Positions 50,049 through 58,511 of a stretch of 64,000 bases of DNA are shown in pieces; the first letter of the stretch is position 1, and each line of letters opens with the position of its first letter. Position numbers and translations under genes: made by a program. The stretch is from the NCBI GenBank assembly GCA_026413865.1, contig JAOAKB010000004.1:1664-65663 (forward strand), given 5' to 3'. A model generated the notes under the pieces. It made no database searches. It saw only the letters and a list, made by a program, of their open reading frames with translations, and was not told the DNA's origin. This stretch comes from Nitrososphaeria archaeon (GTDB lineage: Archaea > Thermoproteota > Nitrososphaeria > JACIWG01).

Positions 50049-50199
50049 ACTAGCCAAACCAACGTCTAGAAAAATTCAGCATATAGAAAGAACAGTACCC
50101 ACATACCATAACCCTTAACCTTGAAGTGTACAGCGCCTCTAATTGATTTAATATACAAATATGATGACACACTATAATATAAGCGATCCTTTTAGAAGA

Positions 50200-51465
50200 T
50201 CACCATAGAACCATACTATCCTCTAAGACTCTTTCCAAAAATTTTACATTAACAGCTATAGGACTTAGTGCAATAAGCCTCTTCTGTAAAAGAGCCTTTT
50301 CAGCTAAAACATGCAAGTCTGATCGTCTAAAGCCAAGCTCACTTAAACCATTTGGAAAATCTAAGATACGCATGAAATTTGTGATAATTTCATAGATGTC
50401 GACATCATATTCCTTGTAGCCAAAAAGATAGCATATATTACCAATTTTTTCAACCAAATATGGTGTCAGCGATCTAAAGGTTGCAGGAGCAGTTATAGAA
50501 ACAGCAAGACCATGTGGAACCTTAATATTTTTTTCTAAAGCTTCACCAGCAATAGGATACGATAGAGCATGACATATATGTACACCAGCATTGCCAAAAG
50601 CCAGACCAGCTATTGTTGCTGCAACATGCATATTTGACCTAGATTCAAGATCATTACCATTAGAGTAGGCTTTTGGAAGATATTTTCCAATAAGAGTTAT
50701 TGCAGATTCGGCTAAAGTATCAGTTAGAGGATTGGAACCACAGTACACAGGCCTTTCAGCAATACTTGAAGGCATAGGCCTAGTATTATATGGTATTGTA
50801 GTATAGGCTTCTAAAGCATGCATTAGAGCATCCATACCAGTAGTGGCAGTAACCTTCTGGGGCATAGTAAATGTGACTAGGGGATCCAAGATAGCCATGG
50901 TGGGCCTCAAATAGTCATCAGAGATACCGAATTTAACCTTCTTTTCGGGAAAAGATACTACAGCCACACTTGTAGTTTCACTCCCTGTTCCAGAAGTTGT
51001 GGGAACAGCAATAAGAGGCTTTAGGGGTCCAGGAACCTTTAATCCTCTACCAAAAGGTTGTGCAAAATAGTCTAAAAAGTCTGTGGGATATGTAGTGTAA
51101 AGGTTTATTGCCTTAGCAGTATCAATTGCACTTCCACCACCTAATCCAATAAAGCAATCATAAGGCTTCTTTTTAGCAAAATCTATACCCTTTAGGATAG
51201 ATTGATGTGATGGTTCAGGTTCTACACCATCCCAAACATCCACTTCAACATTTTTATCACGTAAGCTGGAAACAACTCCTTCAACTACGTTAGTATTTTC
51301 TTTCAAAAAACTGTCCGTGACAATTAAAGCTTTTTTTACACCAAGTTTAGAAACATCATAACCTATCTCTTTCAAGACACTCAATCCGAACTTTATTGGA
51401 ACAGACCTAAACCAGAACGCATAATCTATAGGCAAACTAGAGCCAAACATAATATTCCCTACCAT
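50200..51465 (-). CDS. Iron-containing alcohol dehydrogenase family protein
   Basis: GLGGGSAIDTAK, plus the metal-ligand His region DALMHALEAY...HICHAL. Confidence 0.85.
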   Translation of the reverse strand: MVGNIMFGSSLPIDYAFWFRSVPIKFGLSVLKEIGYDVSKLGVKKALIVTDSFLKENTNVVEGVVSSLRDKNVEVDVWDGVEPEPSHQSILKGIDFAKKKPYDCFIGLGGGSAIDTAKAINLYTTYPTDFLDYFAQPFGRGLKVPGPLKPLIAVPTTSGTGSETTSVAVVSFPEKKVKFGISDDYLRPTMAILDPLVTFTMPQKVTATTGMDALMHALEAYTTIPYNTRPMPSSIAERPVYCGSNPLTDTLAESAITLIGKYLPKAYSNGNDLESRSNMHVAATIAGLAFGNAGVHICHALSYPIAGEALEKNIKVPHGLAVSITAPATFRSLTPYLVEKIGNICYLFGYKEYDVDIYEIITNFMRILDFPNGLSELGFRRSDLHVLAEKALLQKRLIALSPIAVNVKFLERVLEDSMVLW

Positions 51466-51517
51466 CTATTGTTTAAGATAAATATAAAGTTAAACCTAAA
51501 GTGAACAAAGAAAATTA

Positions 51518-51870
51518 TTAGAAAATGGGGAACCAGGTCGAACCAGCATCATAAAGGATTATACCTTCCTTTAAAACATTATAATCATACTAAATTCTTC
51601 TCCAGTATATCCAAAAGGTTCTATAGGAAGATTCTGATCATCAAGTTCGAGCAAAATCCTAATTCTTTCTAGACTGCTTTATAGTCTGCAAAAAATAAAC
51701 GCTCTCATATATTTTTAATATAATTATCTAGAAACTTTATTCAAATTTCTTATAATAATTAAATCTATATCAGGCCCTCATTAGAGTCGCCTCTTGTAAA
51801 TGAACCAAAAAGAAAAACTTTTTAGGCTTCAACTTATCTACAATTATATTCTTGTACGCTTCTATACCTT
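51518..51870 (-). pseudogene. Decayed minimal nucleotidyltransferase (MNT antitoxin-type) gene, broken by at least two frameshifts
   Basis: My three-frame reading of the minus strand gives VFLFGSFTRGDSNEG in frame a, then PDIDLIIIRNLNKVSR-stop in frame b. Further on it gives RIRILLELDDQNLPIEPFGYTGEEFSMII, then NVLKEGIILYDAGSTWFPIF-stop. Together these rebuild the GS...D.D nucleotidyltransferase motif and the typical C-terminus. Confidence 0.65.
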
Positions 51871-52238
51871 CAAAAATTTCTTTACTTCTATTAATATTGA
51901 TTCTGCACAACTTACAAATTTTTTCAGCCAACTCACTTGTATAGTATCTGTAGGGTGCACCTGAAGGAGAAACGTTCAGATATCTTGAACCAATATAATG
52001 CCTATCTAATGCTCTAGCAAAATTCATAAATGAGTTAAATCTTGCATCAAACTTAAACAACCAAAATCAAGAACAGAATGCTTTATTATGGCCCTAAACC
52101 TTTAAGGGCCTTTTCAGCCTCCCGCTCTGAAAAAAGATTAAGCATAATAGTTATCATCCTTAATACAATCTCTAGCTGTTTTAAGAACAGCTTCAGCCTG
52201 ATCAACTCGCCTGACCCTTTAATAAAATTTTTATCCAT
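51871..52238 (-). pseudogene. Decayed HEPN-domain (COG2250-like) gene, broken by frameshifts and stops
   Basis: ATG at 52238. The fragments are RRVDQAEAVLKTARDCIKDDNYYA (one frame) and FSEREAEKALKGLGP-stop-stop (another frame). ORF 51770..52060 then carries ARALDRHYIGSRY (the Rx4H motif) and APYRYYTSELAEKI. Confidence 0.65.
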
Positions 52239-52292
52239 AAAATCAGTTTTCTAAGAATTTAGCCAGAAACTTCTAATTTAATTTTCAAAGCA

Positions 52293-52305
52293 AAAGATTT
52301 AAAAT
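52293..52305 (+). promoter_or_regulatory. BRE/TATA-like element (AAAGATTTAAAAT) 22-34 nt upstream of tRNA-Arg
   Basis: Call rests on sequence and spacing relative to the mature 5' end at 52327. Confidence 0.4.
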
Positions 52306-52326
52306 CGTGCAATAAAAGTTATGTTT

Positions 52327-52401
52327 GGGCTCGTAGCTCAGCATGGATAGAGCGGCAGCCTCCTAAGCTGTAGGTCGGGGGTTCAAATCCCCTCGGGCCC
52401 G
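52327..52401 (+). tRNA. tRNA-Arg (anticodon CCU)
   Basis: Hand-folded cloverleaf. Acceptor GGGCUCG/CGGGCCC, D arm GCUC-AGCAUGGAUA-GAGC, anticodon arm GCAGC-CUCCUAA-GCUGU, T arm GGGGG-UUCAAAU-CCCCU, discriminator G. CCA is not encoded. Confidence 0.9.
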
Positions 52402-52546
52402 TTAAATTTTATCTTTGGATAGCGTTCAGAATTTATCTGACAGAAATTTTTCTTGAATAAAATTGTTTTTCACTTGCCTTTTTACAATTAACACTCTACC
52501 TTTAAGCATATATACATCTTTATTTTTGATATATATTTGATAAGGC

Positions 52547-53554
52547 TTGGAAAAACGTAAATTGATACGACTTGGAAGATCTACATTAGTTATATCTATA
52601 CCATCAGATTGGGTTAGAATTAATGGGTTAAATCCTGGTGATACAATTAATTTGGAGGTTCAAAATGATGGTGCACTTATAATTTATCCTAGTGAAGCTA
52701 GAACCTTTATGAATAATGAGATAATAATTTATGTTGACCAATTTAAGAGTGATGGTGAAATTGCTAGAGAGATACTATCTTACTATTTAAACGGATATAA
52801 CACTATAAAGGTTGTTTCAAGTAAGGTTCTCACTGTTAGACAACAAAAGTTGGTACGACAACTGGCTCAAAAACTTTACATGAACATAATTAGTGCGGCC
52901 TCGAGTGAAATGGTCATGCAAAGTCTACTTGACCTTTCAAAAATACCATTAGATACAAGCTTGACACGAATGTACACTATAACCTATTCAATGTTCTCCG
53001 ATCTTGTTAAGGCTTTAGAAAACTATGACCATGACTTAGCTGTAGCAATAATTTCATTGGACGATGAAGTAGATAACTTTTCATATCTTCTATTAAGACT
53101 TCTTAGGACAATGCTAACACACTCTAGCACATCTGAACAAATCAAGATTTCGAGGAACAGTTGTCTAGATGGACTTATAGTGGTACAGAATATAGAATAT
53201 ATCGCAGATAACATTGTCAATGTAGCTCAAAGATTTTTAGGTATACTAGAGGAGAAAAGGAGATTTCCAAAAGAACTTTTAGAACTTTTAAAAAAATTGT
53301 GTGAAGAATGCATAAAATATTATGATGATGCATTCAGAGCATACATTTCAGTAGACAGTGAACTTTCAAATAGAATTTTGGAAAGGCGTACAGTATTTAA
53401 TGAACTCAATTTAAGGATACTTGAAAGTCTGATTAAGCAACAGGACCCTGTTATTGTTTGTACAACATGCACTATAAACAGTAATATTCAAGCAATAATA
53501 GCTAGTTCTTCGAGGATAGCTGAAGCAGCAATAAATAAACATGCTATAAAATAA
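52547..53554 (+). CDS. AbrB/SpoVT-domain plus PhoU-domain regulator (archaeal 'phosphate uptake regulator' architecture)
   Basis: The N-terminus LIRLGRSTLVISIPSDWVRINGLNPGDTINLEV is an AbrB-like swapped hairpin. It is followed by two helical PhoU-like repeats. TTG start. Confidence 0.7.
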   Translation: MEKRKLIRLGRSTLVISIPSDWVRINGLNPGDTINLEVQNDGALIIYPSEARTFMNNEIIIYVDQFKSDGEIAREILSYYLNGYNTIKVVSSKVLTVRQQKLVRQLAQKLYMNIISAASSEMVMQSLLDLSKIPLDTSLTRMYTITYSMFSDLVKALENYDHDLAVAIISLDDEVDNFSYLLLRLLRTMLTHSSTSEQIKISRNSCLDGLIVVQNIEYIADNIVNVAQRFLGILEEKRRFPKELLELLKKLCEECIKYYDDAFRAYISVDSELSNRILERRTVFNELNLRILESLIKQQDPVIVCTTCTINSNIQAIIASSSRIAEAAINKHAIK

Positions 53555-53681
53555 ATATATTTATGTATATAATTTTATATTGTTTTCTATACCTATATAC
53601 TGTTTATATTAGTATAGTGGCAAAAAATATATACTCAAGTATGTCATCCGATGGATAATAACATAATAAGGGGCGAAAAGG

Positions 53682-54182
53682 TTGACAACTTCTGCAACAA
53701 GTTTAGATAAAAGATTAATTTTAGTGGATAAGACAATAGCTGTTCATGGAAACAGAAGAGATGCACTACTGGAAATTCTCCATACAGCACATAATGTGTA
53801 CGGATTTCTTGACAAGAAAATACTTTTGCATATTTCGGAAAAATTGAGGATTCCTCCTAGTCAAGTTTATGGAGTTGCAACCTTCTATAACTATTTTAAG
53901 CTGAAGAAGCCTGGTTCTCATTCGGTAACTTTTTGCCTTGGAACTGCATGCTATGTTAAAGGGGTTGAAGAAATACTTTCAGCATTAGAAAAAGAATTTA
54001 ATGTTAAAAGAGGAGAAACGTCCTCTGATGGGAAACTTTCTCTATTTGTTACACGATGTGTTGGAGCCTGTGCTATGGCTCCAAATGTTATAGTTGACGA
54101 TGAAATGATAGGTAAGGCTACAAAGGAGGTAGTCTTAGAGAGAATAAGAAAAATTTTGGAGAGTGAAAGGGTTGAAGCCTGA
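53682..54182 (+). CDS. hoxE: NuoE/HoxE-like [2Fe-2S] diaphorase subunit
   Basis: Thioredoxin-like 2Fe-2S pattern: FCLGTACYVKG ... RCVGACAMAP. Confidence 0.8.
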   Translation: MTTSATSLDKRLILVDKTIAVHGNRRDALLEILHTAHNVYGFLDKKILLHISEKLRIPPSQVYGVATFYNYFKLKKPGSHSVTFCLGTACYVKGVEEILSALEKEFNVKRGETSSDGKLSLFVTRCVGACAMAPNVIVDDEMIGKATKEVVLERIRKILESERVEA

Positions 54183-55824
54183 AGAAATTCAGAAGATTGC
54201 AGAAACAGAACATGACCTTAGAATGTCATATAAGTATCGTATTAATGTGTGTTGTTCAAGCGGATGCCTTCCTTTTGGAGCTCAAAAGCTTTTGAAAGCT
54301 TTTGAGGACACCATAAAAGAGTTGGGTCTGGAAAGGGTCTGTAAGGTTGCAAGGACAGGTTGTGTGGGAACATGTTCTGTTGCTCCAGTGGTTCTAATTG
54401 ATCCTGGTAATCATCTTTATCAGAATGTTAAGCCTGAGGATGCAAAAAAGATAGTTCAAGAACACATTATTAATGGACAAGTTTTAGAAGAATACCTTTA
54501 CAAAAATGAAGCATATTTTAGCAAACAGTATAGGCTTATATTAAGGAATGCTGGAAAAATTGACCCTTTAAGAATAGAAGATTATATTGCAGTTGGAGGA
54601 TATTCTGCTCTTGCAAAGGCCTTAACACAAATGACACCAGAGCAAATAATATATGAGATAAGTTTAAGTGGTCTAAGAGGGCGTGGTGGTGCAGGATTTT
54701 CTACAGGACAAAAATGGAATTTTGTCGCAAAATCTACTGCAAAACCAAAGTATATTGTAGCAAACCTAGATGAAGGAGATCCTGGAGTATTTGCAAACCG
54801 TACACTTGCGGAGGCAGACCCACATGCAATAATCGAGGGAATGACAATTGCAGCATATGCTGTTGGAGCAGAAAAAGGATTCATTTATATAAGGGCAGAG
54901 TACCCGCTTGCAATCCAAACTTTAAAGAAGGCAATAGAGCAAGCTAAATCATATGGTCTTCTTGGAAACAATATTCTTGGGTCAACATTAAATTTTGACA
55001 TAGAACTAAGACTTGGAGCAGGAGCGTTTGTTGCAGGAGAAGAGACTGCTATACTTTCTTCGATAGAGGGTCTTAGGGCTACACCTAGGCCTAGGCCACC
55101 ATATCCTGCTGTTTCAGGACTTTGGGGTAAGCCTACATTAATAAATAATGTTGAAACTTTGGCTAATGTTCCATTAATTATATTAAATGGTGGAACCTGG
55201 TTTTCTAAGTTAGGTACACCAAAGTGTACTGGAACAAAATGTTTTTCATTAACGGGTAAGGTAAAGAATCCTGGTCTTATAGAAGTGCCTATGGGTATAA
55301 CGTTAAAGGAAATCGTTTACGAAATTGGTGGAGGGGTGCCGGATGGTAAAAAGTTTAAGGCAGTTCTTGTAGGAGGGCCTTCTGGAGGATGCCTTCCTGA
55401 AAGTATGCTTTCACTGCCAATAGACTATGAATCGCTTACTCAAGCGGGAGCAATTATGGGGTCAGGGGGAATTGTTGTAATAGACGATGAATCATGTATT
55501 GTTGATACAGCACGATTCTTCATAGATTTTTGTATGGATGAATCATGTGGAAAATGTATACCATGCCGTGCTGGACTACCTAAGGTTAGAGAAATTTTAG
55601 ACAGGATTATGTTAGGTGAAGGAAAAGTAGAAGATCTTAAAGTTTTGGAGGAACTCTGCTATCTTATTAAAGATGCAAGCTTATGCGGTCTAGGCCAGAC
55701 AGCACCAAACCCTGTACTAACAACTTTAAACTATTTCAAACAAGAGTATCTTGCACATATTGTAGAAAAAAGTTGTCCAGCCAAAAAATGTATTCTTAAA
55801 AAAGTGGAGGTTGTGAAAGAATGA
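54163..55824 (+). CDS. hoxF: NuoF/HoxF-like NAD(P)H-binding FMN/[4Fe-4S] diaphorase subunit with an N-terminal 2Fe-2S domain
   Basis: GLRGRGGAGFSTGQKW is the FMN site. ESCGKCIPCR is the N3 cluster. The N-terminal region has CCSSGC...GCVGTCSVAP. Confidence 0.85.
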   Translation: MKGLKPEEIQKIAETEHDLRMSYKYRINVCCSSGCLPFGAQKLLKAFEDTIKELGLERVCKVARTGCVGTCSVAPVVLIDPGNHLYQNVKPEDAKKIVQEHIINGQVLEEYLYKNEAYFSKQYRLILRNAGKIDPLRIEDYIAVGGYSALAKALTQMTPEQIIYEISLSGLRGRGGAGFSTGQKWNFVAKSTAKPKYIVANLDEGDPGVFANRTLAEADPHAIIEGMTIAAYAVGAEKGFIYIRAEYPLAIQTLKKAIEQAKSYGLLGNNILGSTLNFDIELRLGAGAFVAGEETAILSSIEGLRATPRPRPPYPAVSGLWGKPTLINNVETLANVPLIILNGGTWFSKLGTPKCTGTKCFSLTGKVKNPGLIEVPMGITLKEIVYEIGGGVPDGKKFKAVLVGGPSGGCLPESMLSLPIDYESLTQAGAIMGSGGIVVIDDESCIVDTARFFIDFCMDESCGKCIPCRAGLPKVREILDRIMLGEGKVEDLKVLEELCYLIKDASLCGLGQTAPNPVLTTLNYFKQEYLAHIVEKSCPAKKCILKKVEVVKE

Positions 55825-56525
55825 GTGAGAGAATTGTTAAGCTTATAATAGATGGTAAAGAAATTTTTGCAAAACCAACAGACACAATATTAAAGGCGGC
55901 TATAGATAATGGAATACAGATTCCAACATTATGCTACCTTGAAGGTCTTACACCACATGGAGGGTGCAGACTTTGTGTTGTCGAAGTAAAAGGCAACCCT
56001 AAACTTATGACTTCATGCACGACACCAGTGAGCAATAATATGGAGATAATAACAAACTCGCCAAAACTTATAAAATATCGCAAACAGATAATAGAACTCT
56101 TATTAGCTGAAAGAATACACACGTGTTCAGTATGTATTGCAAATGGAAGTTGTGAACTCCAAGAATTAGCATCAAAATTTGGAGTAGACCATACAAATGT
56201 TTCAAGAAACTGGGAACGTTTTGAACTTGACATGTCACATGAACGCTTTGTCCTAGACCATAATAGATGCATACTATGTACAAGATGCATTAGAGTATGT
56301 GATGAAATAGAAGGTGTTCATACTCTTGACATAAAAAGGAGGGGAAAAGATTCGATGATTATAGTGGACTTAGATGAACCATGGTCAGCATCATACTCAT
56401 GTACATCATGTGGAAAATGTTCAGCTGTATGCCCAGTTGGAGCAATATATGTTAAGGGAAAACCTTTATCGGAGACCAAGAGAAAGGAACTTCCCAAATT
56501 TATTACCGAAAGAAGGAGGAGATGA
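55821..56525 (+). CDS. hoxU: NuoG-N-terminal/HoxU-like Fe-S subunit
   Basis: [2Fe-2S] CRLCVVEV...SC, then HTCSVCIANGSCELQ, CILCTRCIRVC, CTSCGKCSAVCP. Confidence 0.85.
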   Translation: MSERIVKLIIDGKEIFAKPTDTILKAAIDNGIQIPTLCYLEGLTPHGGCRLCVVEVKGNPKLMTSCTTPVSNNMEIITNSPKLIKYRKQIIELLLAERIHTCSVCIANGSCELQELASKFGVDHTNVSRNWERFELDMSHERFVLDHNRCILCTRCIRVCDEIEGVHTLDIKRRGKDSMIIVDLDEPWSASYSCTSCGKCSAVCPVGAIYVKGKPLSETKRKELPKFITERRRR

Positions 56526-57064
56526 TTGTGTTGGCTAAAGTTAAGGTTGCAACTGTATGGTTAAGTGGATGCTCAGGATGCCACATGTCATTCCTAGACC
56601 AAGACGAGAAGCTTATAGAATTGTCTAAAAGGATAGAGCTGGTCTATAGTCCAATAGCTGATGTGAAAGAGTTTCCGGAAAACGTTGACATAACATTTAT
56701 TGAAGGCGCTGTAGCAAACGAGGAACAATTTCATCTATTAAAGCTAATAAGAGAACGTACAAAACTTCTAATAGCATTAGGAGACTGTGCTGTAACAGGA
56801 AACGTTGTCACACTAAGGAACTGTTTCCAAGATAGTGTGAAGGAAGTTCTTGAAAAGGCCTATATTGAAACTGTAACATACAATCCACAATATCCAGTGC
56901 AGGTTCCTAAGCTTTTAGAAAAAGCATATTCAATTAACGAGGTTGTTAAGGTAGACTTTTACATACCCGGATGCCCTCCTTCAGCAGACCTAATCAACTA
57001 TGTTATAACAGAATTCTTAGAGGGAAGAGTACCCTCTATAGAGGAGAAATTTAAATATGGTTAG
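56522..57064 (+). CDS. hoxY: [NiFe]-hydrogenase small subunit, short HoxY type
   Basis: WLSGCSGCHMSF (proximal cluster), GDCA, PGCPP. At 180 aa it would carry only the proximal cluster. Confidence 0.85.
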   Translation: MIVLAKVKVATVWLSGCSGCHMSFLDQDEKLIELSKRIELVYSPIADVKEFPENVDITFIEGAVANEEQFHLLKLIRERTKLLIALGDCAVTGNVVTLRNCFQDSVKEVLEKAYIETVTYNPQYPVQVPKLLEKAYSINEVVKVDFYIPGCPPSADLINYVITEFLEGRVPSIEEKFKYG

Positions 57065-57074
57065 GTGAAATTTT

Positions 57075-58511
57075 ATGAAAGAAATTGTGATAAATCCTGT
57101 AACAAGAATTGAGGGACATGCAAAGGTTACAATATTCTTAGATGAAAACGATGAGGTTAAGGAAGCACGTTTCCAGGTAACAGACTTTAGAGGGTTTGAA
57201 AAATTCTGTGAAGGAAGACCCTTTTATGAAATGCCATCTATAACATCAAGAGTTTGTGGAATATGTCCAGTAAGTCACTTACTTGCTTCAGTAAAAGCAT
57301 GTGACCAGATAGCTTCTGTAATAATTCCTGAGACAGCTGAAAGGTTAAGAAGACTAATGCACTTTGGCCAAATAATACAGTCTCATGCACTAAGCTTCTT
57401 CCATCTATCATCTCCAGACCTACTGCTTGGAATGGACTATAGTCCAATGAAAAGAAACATATTTGAGCTAATAGAAAAATATCCTGAAATAGCAAAAAGA
57501 GGAATATTTCTAAGAAGATTTGGGCAACAGATTATAGAAAGATTAAGCGGTAAAAGAATACATTCAGGAGAATGGATAATGCCCGGCGGAGTTAAAACAC
57601 CACTTTCAAAAGAAAAGCGTGACATGATTCTTAGAGACACACCTGAGGCTTTAAAAATGATACAAGTAACATTAGAAGAATTCAAGAAGAGTATTGAAAG
57701 ATTTAGAGATGAAGTTGAGAGTTTTGGAAACTTTCCAACATACTATCTTGGCCTCGTATCAGAAAAAGGGCTTCTAGAACATTATGATGGAAAGATAAGA
57801 ATTGTTGGACCAGATGGTGAAATTGTTGCAGACAATCTTGAACCAACAAAGTACTTCGAATATATTGGTGAAGCAGTTGAACCATGGTCTTACATGAAGT
57901 TCCCATACTATAAGCAAAAAGGATATCCTGCTGGAGTATACCGTGTAGGCCCATTGGCAAGATTGAATATTGTCCAAAAATGTGGAACACCAATGGCTGA
58001 CAAAGAATTAAGAGAGTATAGAAAACTTGGCAAAAACGGTATAGTTGAAAGCACATTCTTATACCATTATGCTAGGCTAATAGAAATATTATATAGTGTA
58101 GAAAAAGTTAAAGAGATGCTTGAAGACCCCAAAATTTTAGACGAAAATGTTCAAGCAAAATCATATGCTTCAAGAGAAGAAGGTGTAGGTGTTGCTGAAG
58201 CACCAAGAGGGACACTAATACATCATTATAAAGTTGACAGAAATGGTAAAATAATATGGACAAACCTAATAATCGCTACAGAAAACAATAATCTAGCATA
58301 TAACATGGCGATAACACAGGTAGCAAAAAAATATGTTAATGGAAAAAGATTAGATGAGGGAATGCTTAACAGGGTTGAGGCTGTTATAAGAGCATTTGAC
58401 CCATGCCTAAGCTGTGCCACACACACATGGGGAAGGATGCCGCTTTCAATACATCTATACGATTCTAGAGGAAAAGAAGTGGACCGACTTATACAAGAAA
58501 ACCTACCTTAA
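57075..58511 (+). CDS. hoxH: [NiFe]-hydrogenase large subunit (group 3, HoxH-like)
   Basis: N-terminal RVCGICPVSH (RxCGxCxxxH). C-terminal DPCLSCATH followed by a 28-aa tail that would be removed by a maturation protease. Confidence 0.9.
   Translation: MKEIVINPVTRIEGHAKVTIFLDENDEVKEARFQVTDFRGFEKFCEGRPFYEMPSITSRVCGICPVSHLLASVKACDQIASVIIPETAERLRRLMHFGQIIQSHALSFFHLSSPDLLLGMDYSPMKRNIFELIEKYPEIAKRGIFLRRFGQQIIERLSGKRIHSGEWIMPGGVKTPLSKEKRDMILRDTPEALKMIQVTLEEFKKSIERFRDEVESFGNFPTYYLGLVSEKGLLEHYDGKIRIVGPDGEIVADNLEPTKYFEYIGEAVEPWSYMKFPYYKQKGYPAGVYRVGPLARLNIVQKCGTPMADKELREYRKLGKNGIVESTFLYHYARLIEILYSVEKVKEMLEDPKILDENVQAKSYASREEGVGVAEAPRGTLIHHYKVDRNGKIIWTNLIIATENNNLAYNMAITQVAKKYVNGKRLDEGMLNRVEAVIRAFDPCLSCATHTWGRMPLSIHLYDSRGKEVDRLIQENLP

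Noticed and set aside
49805-50062. 85-aa minus-strand ORF overlapping the MoaD/SAMP-like gene.
   Set aside because: It is Ser-rich and low-complexity. The plus-strand ORF has the beta-grasp pattern and terminates exactly after Gly-Gly.
50161-50199. ATGATGA (C-box-like) in the spacer after the MoaD-like gene, considered as a possible C/D box sRNA.
   Set aside because: No D box (CUGA) or C'/D' pair lies at the required spacing on either strand.
51531-51547. GCTGGTTCGACCTGGTT on the minus strand, which resembles a tRNA T-arm. I considered it as a possible att-site or tRNA fragment marking an integration boundary.
   Set aside because: It does not match the T-arm of the adjacent tRNA-Arg (GGGGGTTCAAATCCCCT). 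It also lies within the reconstructed MNT C-terminal coding sequence.
53587-53635. Inverted repeat CTATAC...GTATAG and an 8-nt direct repeat TATATACT (53594 and 53628) upstream of the hydrogenase operon, considered as a possible operator.
   Set aside because: These are short matches in an extremely AT-rich spacer and cannot be distinguished from chance or from ordinary TATA-box sequence without statistics or conservation data.
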